DNA from: an uncultured delta proteobacterium
Lineage (GTDB): Bacteria; Desulfobacterota; Binatia; UBA9968
Length of the DNA: 64,000 nt
Assembly: GCA_963755715.1 (NCBI GenBank)
Contig: CAVWLW010000001.1
Location: forward strand, 116,040 to 180,039
Reading direction: 5' to 3'
The notes beneath the pieces are model-generated. The model was not told where the DNA came from. It saw only the letters and a list, made by a program, of their open reading frames with translations, and did not search any database. Each line of letters opens with the position of its first letter. Position 1 is the first letter of the stretch. Below are positions 10,040 to 20,512 of this stretch, in pieces. Made by a program: the position numbers and the translations under genes.

Positions 10040-10093
10040 TCGCCTTGAAAAGGCCGAGACCAGGAGTTCGGCTCAGAGAGGCTAAGCTAAAGT

Positions 10094-11803
10094 TTACCCG
10101 GCCCGCGCGCTGGCGTCGGCGTAGGCGTTTTTGACGTATTGGCAGAGCATGCGCTGGGTGTTGAAATAGGAACCGTTGAAGGCGATGGCGGAGCGCATCA
10201 CTTGGGCAAAACGGTCAGGCTCTCTGTAATAGAGTGGCAGGATGACATTTTCGAGCTTTGTGTAAAGCGACAATGCTTCGCTGGCGGTATCGTTCTCGTT
10301 CGCGTCACCGATCGACCAACCGGTCACTCCTTCAACATGGCCTTCGACCCACCAACCGTCGAGCACGCTGAAACTTGGCACACCGTTGAGCGCCGCCTTC
10401 ATGCCGCTGGTGCCGGAAGCTTCTTGCGGCCTTAGCGGGGTATTGAGCCAAACATCGACACCTGAACAGAGCAGCTTGCCCAAGGCCATATCGTAGTTTT
10501 CCAAATAAATTACCCGCACGTCGTCAGCCAGGGCCGCCGCTGCTTCGAAGATGTGGCGAATGATCGCCTTGCCGCTTTCATCGCGTGGATGGGCTTTGCC
10601 GGCGTAGATAAGTTGTATCGGTCCGACTTGTCGGGCGATCTGCTGGATGCGCTCGCGGTCGGTGAAAATCAAGTCGCCGCGCTTGTATCCCGTGGCGCGA
10701 CGCGCAAAGCCGAGAGTGAAGACTTTCTCGTCCAGTCGCGTCCCGGTGAGCCAACGAACTTGCTGGAATAACTCTTTCTTGGCGTTCCCATGTGCTTGGC
10801 GAATCTCGGCCAGGGGGATGCCCACCGCATAACGCAGATAACAATTGTCACGACGCCACCCGGGCGCAAACCGGTCGTACAGAGACGCAAACGGCGCGCT
10901 CGTCCAAGTCGTCGCGTGCACGCCGTTTGTGATCGCTTGAATGTTGTGGTTCGGGAACATCGCGCGCGATATGTCGCGGTGGCGCATGGACACGGCATTG
11001 ACGAAGCCGGACAGCCGCAGCGCCAGCTCGGTCATATTGAGGAATCCGTTCAGGAGCTGCATTTGCGCCAAAGCCGTCGCCCGGCCGTTGCCGAGGATTC
11101 GGTAGACCAACTCGGCATTGAAACGATCATGGCCGGCCGGCACCGGCGTATGCGTGGTAAAAGCGCACCGGTGTCGAACCGTTTCGATCTCCACCTCCGA
11201 AAATTCCCGCTCCGGCGAAGATCGCGATTGCTCTTCTAGAAGAGCGAGAGTTGCGAAGGCCGAGTGACCCTCGTTCATGTGAAACATGCCGATATCGTCG
11301 TAGCCGAGCGCGCGCAGCATCGCCACGCCGGCCAATCCCAATATTACTTCTTGGCACAGGCGGTAGCGTTCATCGCCGCCATAGAGAAAATCCGTCAGAC
11401 CGCGATCGGCGGCGGTATTCTCCGGCAGATCTGCGTCGAGAAAAAACAGCGGCACCGTGTGGCCGGTGATGCCCTGAAACAAGTACTTCCAGGCGCCCAC
11501 GCGCACTTCTCGATTTTCAATTGAAACCGTCACTTTGGTCGGCAGACGCACGAGATATTCTTCGGGTGTCCACTTGGCCGGACTTTCCAACTGGTTGCCG
11601 CGTGAGTCAAGGTGCTGATCGAAGTAACCTTTTCGGTGGATTAGAGAAACGGCGACCATGGGCAGCTCCAGATCGGCCGCCGAGCGCAACATGTCTCCAG
11701 CCAAAACACCTAAGCCGCCGCTGTAAGTTGGAATTTTAGAATCGACGGCGATGTCCATGGAAAAATAGGCGACGGTCCCGATAGGGGGCGATGCATTCTG
11801 CAT
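10094..11803 (-). CDS. glgP: alpha-glucan (glycogen) phosphorylase
   Basis: YSGGLGVLAGD, HMNEGH, FTTHTPVPAGHD, FARRATGYKR, EASGTSGMK. Confidence 0.95.
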   Translation of the reverse strand: MQNASPPIGTVAYFSMDIAVDSKIPTYSGGLGVLAGDMLRSAADLELPMVAVSLIHRKGYFDQHLDSRGNQLESPAKWTPEEYLVRLPTKVTVSIENREVRVGAWKYLFQGITGHTVPLFFLDADLPENTAADRGLTDFLYGGDERYRLCQEVILGLAGVAMLRALGYDDIGMFHMNEGHSAFATLALLEEQSRSSPEREFSEVEIETVRHRCAFTTHTPVPAGHDRFNAELVYRILGNGRATALAQMQLLNGFLNMTELALRLSGFVNAVSMRHRDISRAMFPNHNIQAITNGVHATTWTSAPFASLYDRFAPGWRRDNCYLRYAVGIPLAEIRQAHGNAKKELFQQVRWLTGTRLDEKVFTLGFARRATGYKRGDLIFTDRERIQQIARQVGPIQLIYAGKAHPRDESGKAIIRHIFEAAAALADDVRVIYLENYDMALGKLLCSGVDVWLNTPLRPQEASGTSGMKAALNGVPSFSVLDGWWVEGHVEGVTGWSIGDANENDTASEALSLYTKLENVILPLYYREPDRFAQVMRSAIAFNGSYFNTQRMLCQYVKNAYADASARAG

Positions 11804-11962
11804 AACGGCTCTTGTTAGACGAAGTTTAGAATCAAGCGCTTTAGCGGATTACCGAAGAGATCGAATGGACGAGCGAGCATTCTGAAGTCGTGCGAATCTT
11901 GAGTAGCCATAGCATAACGTCGGCTCCCGGGCAATTAATCGACATAGAGAATTTCACCTTAT

Positions 11963-11978
11963 GGCAAGGACGATGCCA
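11963..11978 (-). promoter_or_regulatory. putative sigma-54 (-24/-12) promoter upstream of glgP
   Basis: minus strand TGGCATCGTCCTTGC, GG-N10-GC spacing. Confidence 0.45.
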
Positions 11979-12052
11979 CTTACAAAATCGAAGAATTTGG
12001 CAAATTATAGGATTGGTTGGCAGCTCGGCGCGGCGTTGTTGATGCCATTACG

Positions 12053-12767
12053 TTAGCGCAAGTCAAAAGCGTCACGCAATTCCTCCCAGGTTCGGTGCGC
12101 GCTCAGATTGCGCAATACCATCAACGTCGGCGGCATCATAGGAAAATTACCCGCTTGGTGGCGCTCGAGAGCCCGTTCGGGAGAAATCCAGAGACTTTCC
12201 GAGACTTCTTCCACCGCATCGAAGGGGCTCTGATCGGGCGGCAAAGCGGCGAGATAAAAGCGGGTATCGAAGCGGACGCGATAATGTTCCGGTGTGATCC
12301 GGTGAAAGATATAGTGAAGTCGCGCCAAATCACAATAAAGCCGCTCGCGATAAAAGAAAATCGGCAAAAGCGATCTCGCCGCGTTGTAAGGCCGCTCGCT
12401 CAGCGGCTACTCGATTAAGAAATGTCTGCTGCGGTTGCGCCCCATCCGTTTCGCTCTCAGAGAGGAAAAAATGAATTCCCACTTCTTCAAATAATTCTCG
12501 GACCGCGGCGACCCAGTAGCCTAGACAGAGTTCCGGTCGAAGATCTACGCCAAGTTTTTTTTGCGCCTCGTCTGGCGTGATGCCGCGGGTTAAGCTAATC
12601 ATCGCCGTCGACCAGTCGCTGGCTTCAACTCTTCCTCCGGGGAAGACATAGACGCCGGCGTAGGTATCCATCTGTTCCGGACGACGGTTCAGGTAAATTT
12701 CAAACCTGCGCGCGGCGTCCGGTCGCACGAGCACGACGGTCGAGGCGGGAAGCGGAATAGCCGGCAT
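12053..12767 (-). CDS. NUDIX hydrolase (NUDT19-like), split by one frameshift near 12360
   Basis: ASTVVLVR, YVFPGGRVEASD, AAVRELFEEVG; second ORF has ITP....RFDTRFYLA, MMPPT. Confidence 0.85.
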
Positions 12768-12851
12768 AAATCAGTTCGCCTTTCTCTTTGGCACACTAAA
12801 TACGTGACTATTTCGCGCGGCCGCGGTTTTTGCTCTCCATCCAAGCCGCCG

Positions 12852-13634
12852 TCAGTTTCGCGACGACGGTTTGCCGATGTGAATATGGGCTCCCGTCGCA
12901 GCTCCCGGAACCGCGTTTCTAAACGCGATAAATGGAATCCCCGCTTGGCGTAGATAATTAAGCAACGATCGTCCTTCCGCACTATCCGGATGAAGCGCCA
13001 CATCCATGGCGTTACGATGATCGAAGTGCAGACGGTCGTGGGTTGGGGTTTGGCCTAAGGCACTGATCGGCAGCGGGCGACCGAAGGTTTCGAAATAAAA
13101 CTTTTCGATTTTTGGTGCGAAGGCGAGGGACCACAACGCGCCGCCATTAAAGCGCAGGAGGGCGGCAGTCTCGCTGTAGCCGCCCACTGCTAAACCGGGG
13201 AGACGAAGAAGTTCGTCGCGCATCGTCGCCTCGGTAATCACCATGTCGGTTTCCGCCAGCCAACGTTTGTCCTCATTAATGCGTACTATGGCTTGTGCCA
13301 AAGCATCCTCGGCCTTGAGAACGTCGTTGCGCGCGATCAGGCCCTGATAGTAGAGCTCTCGCTGTTGTTCATATCTCTCCAAGGCGCGCTGCCGTTCGGA
13401 TTCGTGCAGCGTGAGCAGTTTCTCGGCGCCGGCGCGGGTCTCTTTGATTTTTTGAATAACATCGCTGCGTGCGCGCGTCAGCTCCGACTCAGTCGGACCA
13501 ACTTGGCGATTGGTAGAGGGACGAGCCGGCCTATTCTTGAGATTGTCCTGAGCGATTCCCGCATCGACAAAAAAGGGCAAGGCCATGTGGAGCGTAGCCA
13601 TGCCGATAAGCGTGAAAAACAAGGATCGCTTCAT
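12852..13634 (-). CDS. exported coiled-coil protein with His-rich C-terminal domain (paralog 1)
   Basis: signal peptide, coiled coil, HDRLHFDHRNAMDVALHPDSAEG...ATGAHIHIG. Confidence 0.8.
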   Translation of the reverse strand: MKRSLFFTLIGMATLHMALPFFVDAGIAQDNLKNRPARPSTNRQVGPTESELTRARSDVIQKIKETRAGAEKLLTLHESERQRALERYEQQRELYYQGLIARNDVLKAEDALAQAIVRINEDKRWLAETDMVITEATMRDELLRLPGLAVGGYSETAALLRFNGGALWSLAFAPKIEKFYFETFGRPLPISALGQTPTHDRLHFDHRNAMDVALHPDSAEGRSLLNYLRQAGIPFIAFRNAVPGAATGAHIHIGKPSSRN

Positions 13635-13655
13635 TGCTTCTTTAGCACGCCCTTG

Positions 13656-13684
13656 AGTCTAGGGACTACGCTACCTCGGGTCAA
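13656..13684 (-). promoter_or_regulatory. sigma-70 promoter of paralog 1
   Basis: TTGACC-N17-TAGACT on minus strand. Confidence 0.6.
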
Positions 13685-13799
13685 CACCACAAATGAGAGG
13701 CTGGAAGGATTGATAAGGAAATGGTTGTTACCCAGGTGAGCGCGCGGTACTATCGCGCCTTGCGGTTGTGAATGCTTTTTGCCCGTTTACCGGAAGTAA

Positions 13800-14585
13800 A
13801 TGAAAATTTCTCATCCTCGGGTTTGGCTTGGGTTAGGCTGTATCGCCGGTCTGCTTGGGCTGGCTGTGCCATCCGCGCAAGCGCAAAATCTGGCTGACAC
13901 CATCGAAAAAATCAAGCCGTCGATCGTAGCCATCGGGACTTTCCAGAAAACCCGCAGACCACCATCGATCTTTCGTGGCACCGGCTTCATTGTCGCGGAT
14001 GGCCTGCACGTTGTCACCAACGCCCATGTCTTGCAGGAAAAAATAGATACGGAAAAAAAAGAAACGCTCACGATATTTAGCGGCAAATCCGACAGGATTG
14101 AGATACGCGAAGCGACCAAGCTCGTTGAAGACCTCGATCATGACCTCGTGATCCTGAAAATTTCCGGCCGACCGCTAACCGCTTTGACAATCGGTGACTC
14201 CAGCCGCGTGCGCGAGGGCGAAACCTACGCCTTTACCGGCTTTCCGATCGGAATGGTTTTAGGTCTGAATGCGGTGACGCACAAAGCCATGATCTCAGCG
14301 GTAACGCCGGTCGTAATTCCACAGCTCTCCGGCCAGCAACTGGACAAGAAAGTCTTAATCCGGCTTACCGCGCCCTATGATGTCTTCCAACTCGACGCCA
14401 CAGCCTACCCCGGTAACAGTGGCAGCCCGCTTTACCAACTCGACAGCGGACAAGTGGTGGGCATTATCAACAAAGTGTTCATCCAAGAAACCAAGGAAAC
14501 CGTCTTGCAAAAACCCAGCGGCATCTCCTACGCAATCCCGATTAATCACTTGCAAGAACTGCTAAAAAAAATCCGTCCTGAGTAA
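13800..14585 (+). CDS. exported trypsin-like serine protease (no PDZ domain)
   Basis: signal peptide; GTGF, VTNAHV, HDLVILKI, PGNSGSPL catalytic motifs. Confidence 0.9.
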   Translation: MKISHPRVWLGLGCIAGLLGLAVPSAQAQNLADTIEKIKPSIVAIGTFQKTRRPPSIFRGTGFIVADGLHVVTNAHVLQEKIDTEKKETLTIFSGKSDRIEIREATKLVEDLDHDLVILKISGRPLTALTIGDSSRVREGETYAFTGFPIGMVLGLNAVTHKAMISAVTPVVIPQLSGQQLDKKVLIRLTAPYDVFQLDATAYPGNSGSPLYQLDSGQVVGIINKVFIQETKETVLQKPSGISYAIPINHLQELLKKIRPE

Positions 14586-14825
14586 GCGAGCTTTGGCATA
14601 GCGATCCGCGTCGAAACATCGGCTAAGCTAACGTCAAAAAATGACGAGCGTCAGGAATCCCCTCACGCTCAATCATAGGGGACGCAAAGTCTGAGCAAGA
14701 ACTCGCCGACTTGGCGGAGCACGAAAACGGCGCGGAGCAGCCCGACTAACCGTGAGGTTGTGGGCTAATGAAACAACGGCAAATTATTAATACGGGTCAC
14801 ACCGGAAGGTTTAGCCGCACCGGTC

Positions 14826-15281
14826 TTAGCGAATCAGCGAGAGCAAAGTCGCGGCGAAGACGAATCCGAAAATCGCCAGCCAGATGATCGATTTGGTCGA
14901 GGCCAACCCGTCGGGGATGCCGCTTGGCTCATCACGACCTTCTCTCCTCGCCACATCTAAAAGTGTATCTCGTAAAAGTGTATCTCGAACCATGATCAGT
15001 TGCTCCTGTAGTTCCTTTTGTCTCTGTTCGCTCAACCGGCACCATTGAACGCTATCGAACTGCGCGGCACCGCCAAGCACAGCAGCGCGCACTTTATCTA
15101 ATTTACTGTCTTCGAGCCGGCTTGACCTGGAGCCCATGAAATCAATGATCGTTTTTCTGAGCCGTTCAATATCATCAAGAAGAGTTTGTATGACGCTGGG
15201 GTCGACGTTGGCCACGTTGTTGTGATCCTTCTCTCGCGCTGTTGAATCAAACTCTCTTCGATCAGTAAGACCAAGCTGCAT
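14826..15281 (-). CDS. hypothetical protein ending in a TM helix, possibly truncated
   Basis: 151 aa ORF; sigma-54-like TGGCATTTGCGTTGC upstream (15352-15366). Confidence 0.45.
   Translation of the reverse strand: MQLGLTDRREFDSTAREKDHNNVANVDPSVIQTLLDDIERLRKTIIDFMGSRSSRLEDSKLDKVRAAVLGGAAQFDSVQWCRLSEQRQKELQEQLIMVRDTLLRDTLLDVARREGRDEPSGIPDGLASTKSIIWLAIFGFVFAATLLSLIR
14958..14987. repeat. perfect 15-bp tandem duplication
   Basis: TAAAAGTGTATCTCG x2, giving RDTLL-RDTLL. Confidence 0.9.
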
Positions 15282-15620
15282 AAATTTTTGGACCTTTGCC
15301 TTGGCCAGCTAAAAAGATCAGCGACTTTTACTGCGACGTAAGTCGCCTAACGCAACGCAAATGCCACTTGCGCGAGATTGATAAATACTCAATTACATGA
15401 AGGTTTACGGATGACGGAGAAAATTTTCGGGGCGCGACGTGACCTCAGCGTTGACAGCACGCACACGCGATCAGCACAGAATGAATAAGGAAACGTGGGG
15501 GTTAGCGCTGTGTAAACACTGGTTCACAGACTAACTACGGAAGTTTACAGGGAAGGATAGCGTCGCATACCAGGCGAGTGGATCGAAAACCGTAGAATGA
15601 TGTGGAAGCAGAATTGGATT

Positions 15621-16388
15621 TCAGTCGTGATGGAGTCGTCCCGAAGGTCTGCCGACGTGGATGTGCGGACCGGTAGAAGCGCCCGGCACGGAGCTGCGAA
15701 AGGCAATAAACGGAACGCCCGATCTACGCAGATAATCCATGAGCGCTTTGCCTTCGGCACTGTCGGGATGGAGCGCCACGTCCATGGAATCGCGATGATC
15801 GAAACCTAAGCGATTGTGCGTCTCTGACTGGCCCAACGCTGTGACAGGCAAGCGCCGGCCGAAGGTTTGCGTGAAATATCTTTCAAGCCGCGGCGCCTCC
15901 CTTAACGACCATTTAAAGCCACCGTTAAAACGGGCCACGTCCTTTGTTTCACTGAAGCCGTTTACCGGCAGCGCCGGCATGCGCTCCACCTTTTCTCCTA
16001 AAACAGCCTCGGTGATCGCGATGTCCGTCTCAAGCACGGAATGGCGCATTTCATGAACTCGATTGAGCGCTGCAACAAAAGCTTGCTCCGCTTCTTTGAC
16101 TTGATCCTGCGAGATTCGGCCCTCCTGATAGAGCTTTCGCCTTTTGATGACTTCCGCCCTTAACTTGGTTTGTTTCTGTTCGTAATCAACCAAAAGGGCT
16201 CGGTCAGTATCGAGGGTCGCTCTCATCTTGGCGATCGCGTCGACGCCACTCATTTCACTCGATCCGCGGAGAGTCCAAGACTGATTCCGGGAACCAGTTG
16301 TTTTAAGCGCAAATAATCCTATACCGGCAAGCGGTAGGACTATCACAGCGATTTGGAAACTTCGCGATTTTGCCAGGTCGGAAAACAT
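15621..16388 (-). CDS. membrane-anchored/exported coiled-coil protein with His-rich C-terminal domain (paralog 2)
   Basis: HNRLGFDHRDSMDVALHPDSAEG...STGPHIHVG, clearly homologous to 12852..13634. Confidence 0.8.
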   Translation of the reverse strand: MFSDLAKSRSFQIAVIVLPLAGIGLFALKTTGSRNQSWTLRGSSEMSGVDAIAKMRATLDTDRALLVDYEQKQTKLRAEVIKRRKLYQEGRISQDQVKEAEQAFVAALNRVHEMRHSVLETDIAITEAVLGEKVERMPALPVNGFSETKDVARFNGGFKWSLREAPRLERYFTQTFGRRLPVTALGQSETHNRLGFDHRDSMDVALHPDSAEGKALMDYLRRSGVPFIAFRSSVPGASTGPHIHVGRPSGRLHHD

Positions 16389-16397
16389 GAGCCTGTG

Positions 16398-16426
16398 AGT
16401 CTAAGGGCTTATGGCCGGAGCGTCAA
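16398..16426 (-). promoter_or_regulatory. sigma-70 promoter of paralog 2 (near-leaderless)
   Basis: TTGACG-N17-TAGACT; ATG 9 nt after the -10 box. Confidence 0.6.
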
Positions 16427-16430
16427 GCCA

Positions 16431-16471
16431 AAACAAAGCCCGTAACGAACCGGGCCGTACGGGCTTTGTTT
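16431..16471. terminator. intrinsic terminator-like hairpin downstream of the molybdoenzyme operon
   Basis: AAACAAAGCCCGTA-N13-TACGGGCTTTGTTT perfect 14-bp inverted repeat. Confidence 0.75.
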
Positions 16472-16528
16472 GAACATGGAACACGGCGCAGCGCAGCGGT
16501 CAGCCGATATTCGCTCCAACGGAATTGG

Positions 16529-17513
16529 CTAAACCGACGCGAGCAGGCCACGCTGAATTAGGTCTTGCGCCAGCTTCACCTTGTAAATGTTGTCTTTTAG
16601 CGGTTTAGCGCCTTCGAGGGCAATCTCGCCGGCCTGTTTCGCCGTTGCTTGATCGAGTCTTTTTGCCACGCAAAAATTCTTCGGCTTTTGCCGCTCGCCA
16701 GGGAATCGGCGCGACGCCGCCCATGACAACGCGCGCTTCGCGCACTGAGCCGCCGCTGTTCTCGACAATCGTGGCGACGGCAACGATGGCATGGTCCCAC
16801 GCCAGTCGCTCGCGCACTTTATGATAGAAGCCCTTGCTGCCGGCTTTGGGTGTCGGCACGAACAGTTCGGTGACGACCTCGCCGGGGCCGAGGATATTTT
16901 CTCGCTTGTAGTCCACCGAAGGCGGCACGAAAAATTTCTCTAACGGAATCGTCTTGTCGCCGGCCGGTCCGGCGATCTTGATTTGCGCATTGAGAGCCAC
17001 CAGCGCGGGCGCGGTATCGGATGGATGCACGATGTAGCTCGGCCCGGCGCCGAGGATCGCATGAAAACGGCTATCGCCTGTCACCGTGTAGCAAACCTGA
17101 CCGCCTTTGCGCAGACAGGTGAAATTCGACGAACGAAAATACCAACAGAAGGGCCGCTGACAAATGTTGCCGGCGATCGTGCCGGCGTTGCGGATCTGCG
17201 GCGACGCCGCTTCGCCCGCCGCGTCGGAAAGTATCAGCAGTTTTTCCCGAATCGCCGGGTGTTCTTCGATGTCCGCGAGCTTGGCCAGTGCTCCGATGCG
17301 AAACCCACCGCGCTCTTCTTTGATATAGTCAAGGCCAGGGATCGTCTTCAAATTAATCAGATAATCGGGCTCGACGACGTGATCCTTCATCAACTGCAAA
17401 TACTCGCTGCCGCCGCCGACCACCGCCGCGGTTTTTTTCTGCTGGTGAAATTTTTGCAGCAGACCGACCGCTTCTTTGACGCTTTTCACATCGATATTTT
17501 CGAAGCTCTTCAT
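16529..17513 (-). CDS. xanthine dehydrogenase family FAD subunit (PaoB/YagS-like, with 4Fe-4S Cys), frameshift near 16660
   Basis: ASPQIRNAGTIAGNICQRPFCWYFR...C..KGG..C, HPSDTAPAL, GGVAPIPWR. Confidence 0.9.
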
Positions 17514-17530
17514 GACGGCTCCCTTCTCAT

Positions 17531-19748
17531 TTAAACCTGAACCGCGCGGACGATCTTGTCGGGCGTGATCGGCAGCTCTTTGAACCGTTTGCCGGTGGCG
17601 TTGAAAATCGCGTTGGCGATGGTTGCCACGGCCGCCGTGATCGGCGGCTCGCCGACTACTTTGCCACCAAAGACGCCGTAGGGATCAAAATGCTCGACAA
17701 AGATGACTTCGACTTCGGGCGCTTCCAAATGCGTCGGTACCTTGGCGTCACGGTAGTTCGGATTGATCGGAATCCCGGTCACCCGATCGATCAATAGCTC
17801 TTCGGAAAACGCCATGCCGATACCCTGCACGACGCCGCCTTTGATCTGGCTTTCCGCGGTCAGGCGATTGAGGATCGTGCCGCTGTCGTGCGCCGCGACG
17901 TATCGGGTGATGCGCACATGCCCCGTCCAGGTGTCGACTTCGACCTCGGCGAAGTGGGCTGAAAAGCATTTACCGTCCATCTCTTTGGGAAAATTCGGAT
18001 TGGTCGTGGCGCGGCCGATGAGATCGCCGCTGTCTTTTACGATTTGTTCCAGAGGCGTCTTCTCGGCAGGATCGCTTTTGAGAAAAACCTGACTATCGCG
18101 GAGGTCAAGATCTTCGAGTTTGGCTTTTAGCTTTGGCGCGGCTAGGGCAAAAATTTGCTTGCGCACATCTTCTGCCGCCGCCACGACCGCCGGTCCGGTA
18201 AACGCGGTCGTGCGGCTGCCCGACTCACCGACCGAATAAGGCGTCACATCGGTATCACCGTTAGTGAGCTGAATTTGATTGAGTGGAATCCCCAGCGCTT
18301 CCGAAGCGATGATCGCCATCGTCGATTTCGCTCCGGTGCCGATGTCGGTGACGCCGACCAAAACATGCGCGGTGCCGTCCGGATTGATGCGGATCGTCGC
18401 GGCGCCGAGACCCGGGCGAAATGGATAGCCGCCGAGCGCCATGCCAATGCCATGTTTGTTCGGACCGGCCATGGCGCCGGGCTTGTGCCATTTGTCACTA
18501 AAGCCGATTCGCTTCGAGCCTTCGAGGATGCACTGCTCTAAATAGTTCGAAGTGAAGGCAAGCTTGCCTTTGGATTTTTGCGCGCGGTTGCGCATGAACA
18601 TATCGAGCGGATTGATGCCCAACTCAAAGGCGATCTGATCGAGAAACGACGCGAAACCGAACACCGATTGCGGATAAGCCGGTGCGCGATAGTTGGCGGC
18701 CACCACCGTGTTGGTGTGCACCGGCTTGATGACTTTTTTAAAGTTCGGGATGTTGTAGAAATCGGTGCCGCTTAAATTGCCGCTCTGCTTTCGGTACGCG
18801 CCCATATTGGTTACAGCGTCAAGCGTGACAGCGGTAATCGTGCCGTCGTTTTTAACGCCGGCTTTGTAGTGCTGCTCCGACGACCAGCGTCCGTGCATGC
18901 CGATGAAATCGTCTTCGCGGGTGAATTCGAGCTTGACCGGCTGCGCGGCAGCTTTAGCAAGCATCGCCGCCATGTAGTCGTAGTCCTGCGCCTGATTCTT
19001 GTTGCCGAAGCCGCCGCCCATGTATTTGCACACCACCCGCACTTTGCTCAGCGGCAGACCAAAATCCTTGGCGATATCCGTGCGCGCGTTGGAAACCCCT
19101 TGGGTCGAAGCGTAAACGGTGAGCTTACCCGCGTCCCATTTGGCGATGCTGACGCGCCGCTCCATCTGCGCGTTGTTGACATGCTTGCTGATGTACGTGT
19201 CTTCGAATACCCGGTCAGCTTCCTTAAATCCCTGCTCTACATTTCCCCAGGATTCTTCGATCGGCGCGCTGAACGCTCCCTTGCCGACGGAAAGATTGCC
19301 GTTGGGCGCGATCTTCGGCGCGTCGGGTTTGAGCGCTTCGTTGGCGTCCAGCACGTAGGGGATCTTTTCGTACTTGACGTCGATCAATTTCAAGGCATCT
19401 TCGGCGATATGCCGGTCGGTGGCGGCCACCGCCGCCACCGGATCGCCGACATAACGCACCGGATTGTTGAAAATATAGCGGCTGATGGGTGAGCCCGCCG
19501 CTCGACCACGGCACCTGCGCGTTGCCGTGATGAATAATCGCCTTCACGCCCGGGAGTTTATCCGCTTTGGAAGTATCGATCCCGATAATCTTTGCATGCG
19601 GCACGTTGCTGCGCAGGACACGCGCGTAGAGCATACCAGGAAGCTGAAGATCGCCGGTGTACTGCGCTTGCCCGGTCACGCGCTCGTAGGCATCGATGCG
19701 CGGAGTCTTCTTGCCGACGACGGAAAATTCTTTTTGTGCTTGTGCCAT
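17531..19748 (-). CDS. xanthine dehydrogenase family molybdopterin subunit (PaoC-like), frameshift near 19490
   Basis: VTGQAQYTGD, VPHAKI, MGGGFGNK, QIKGGVVQGIG, GKVVGEPP. Confidence 0.92.
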
Positions 19749-19759
19749 AACGACCTCCC

Positions 19760-20374
19760 TTAACTCGCCTTCGCCGCGGCGGCGAGCACGGCGGCGACCT
19801 CGCGATTGTAGTTGCCGCAGCGGCAGAGATTGCCGGACAAACCGCGGCGCGCTTGGGCTTCCGTCGGTTTAGGATTCTTCATCAGCAGCGCCTTGCCGGA
19901 CATGATCTGTCCGGAAGTGCAAAAGCCGCATTGCGGCCCGTCGTGTTCGATAAATGCTTCCTGCACCGGATCGAGCTTGTCGCCCTTTACCAGCCCCTCG
20001 ACGGTGACGATTGCCTTGCCCTGCATCCATACCGCTAATTGGCTGCACGAATACATGTTGCGGCCGTCGATGATCACCGTGCAAGCGCCGCACTCGCCGC
20101 GGTCGCAGCCGATCTTGGTACCCGTGAGTCCCAGCTCGTCGCGCAATACTTCGGCGAGGGTTTGACGGTGCTCGACTTCGACGCGGTAGCTCTTGCCGTT
20201 GACTTTAAGCGCCACCGCGGTCTTGCCGAGCGCCGTGCCCGTGCTTTCGGCGATGTACGCTTGCGCCGGATCGACTTTCACCAGTCCGGTCGAGACCACC
20301 GCCGTACCGATGGCGCCGCCGCCGATACCTTTGAGAAACGAGCGTCGGGAGAATTTCTGCTTTTCTTTTTCCAT
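19760..20374 (-). CDS. (2Fe-2S) subunit with Tat signal (PaoA-like)
   Basis: SRRSFLK Tat motif; GTKIGCDRGECGACTV, QCGFCTSG, NLCRCGNY. Confidence 0.95.
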   Translation of the reverse strand: MEKEKQKFSRRSFLKGIGGGAIGTAVVSTGLVKVDPAQAYIAESTGTALGKTAVALKVNGKSYRVEVEHRQTLAEVLRDELGLTGTKIGCDRGECGACTVIIDGRNMYSCSQLAVWMQGKAIVTVEGLVKGDKLDPVQEAFIEHDGPQCGFCTSGQIMSGKALLMKNPKPTEAQARRGLSGNLCRCGNYNREVAAVLAAAAKAS

Positions 20375-20512
20375 GGCTGGTCACCTCCTGATTGGAAACT
20401 AATACATGGCCGGTCGTGACAACTAAGGGGTAATATGGCCAATCACGCCTGTCAATGCCAAAAACTGTGCCTTGCCGCGCGAAAACAAAATCGCTAGGCT
20501 GCGCTCCGAAGC

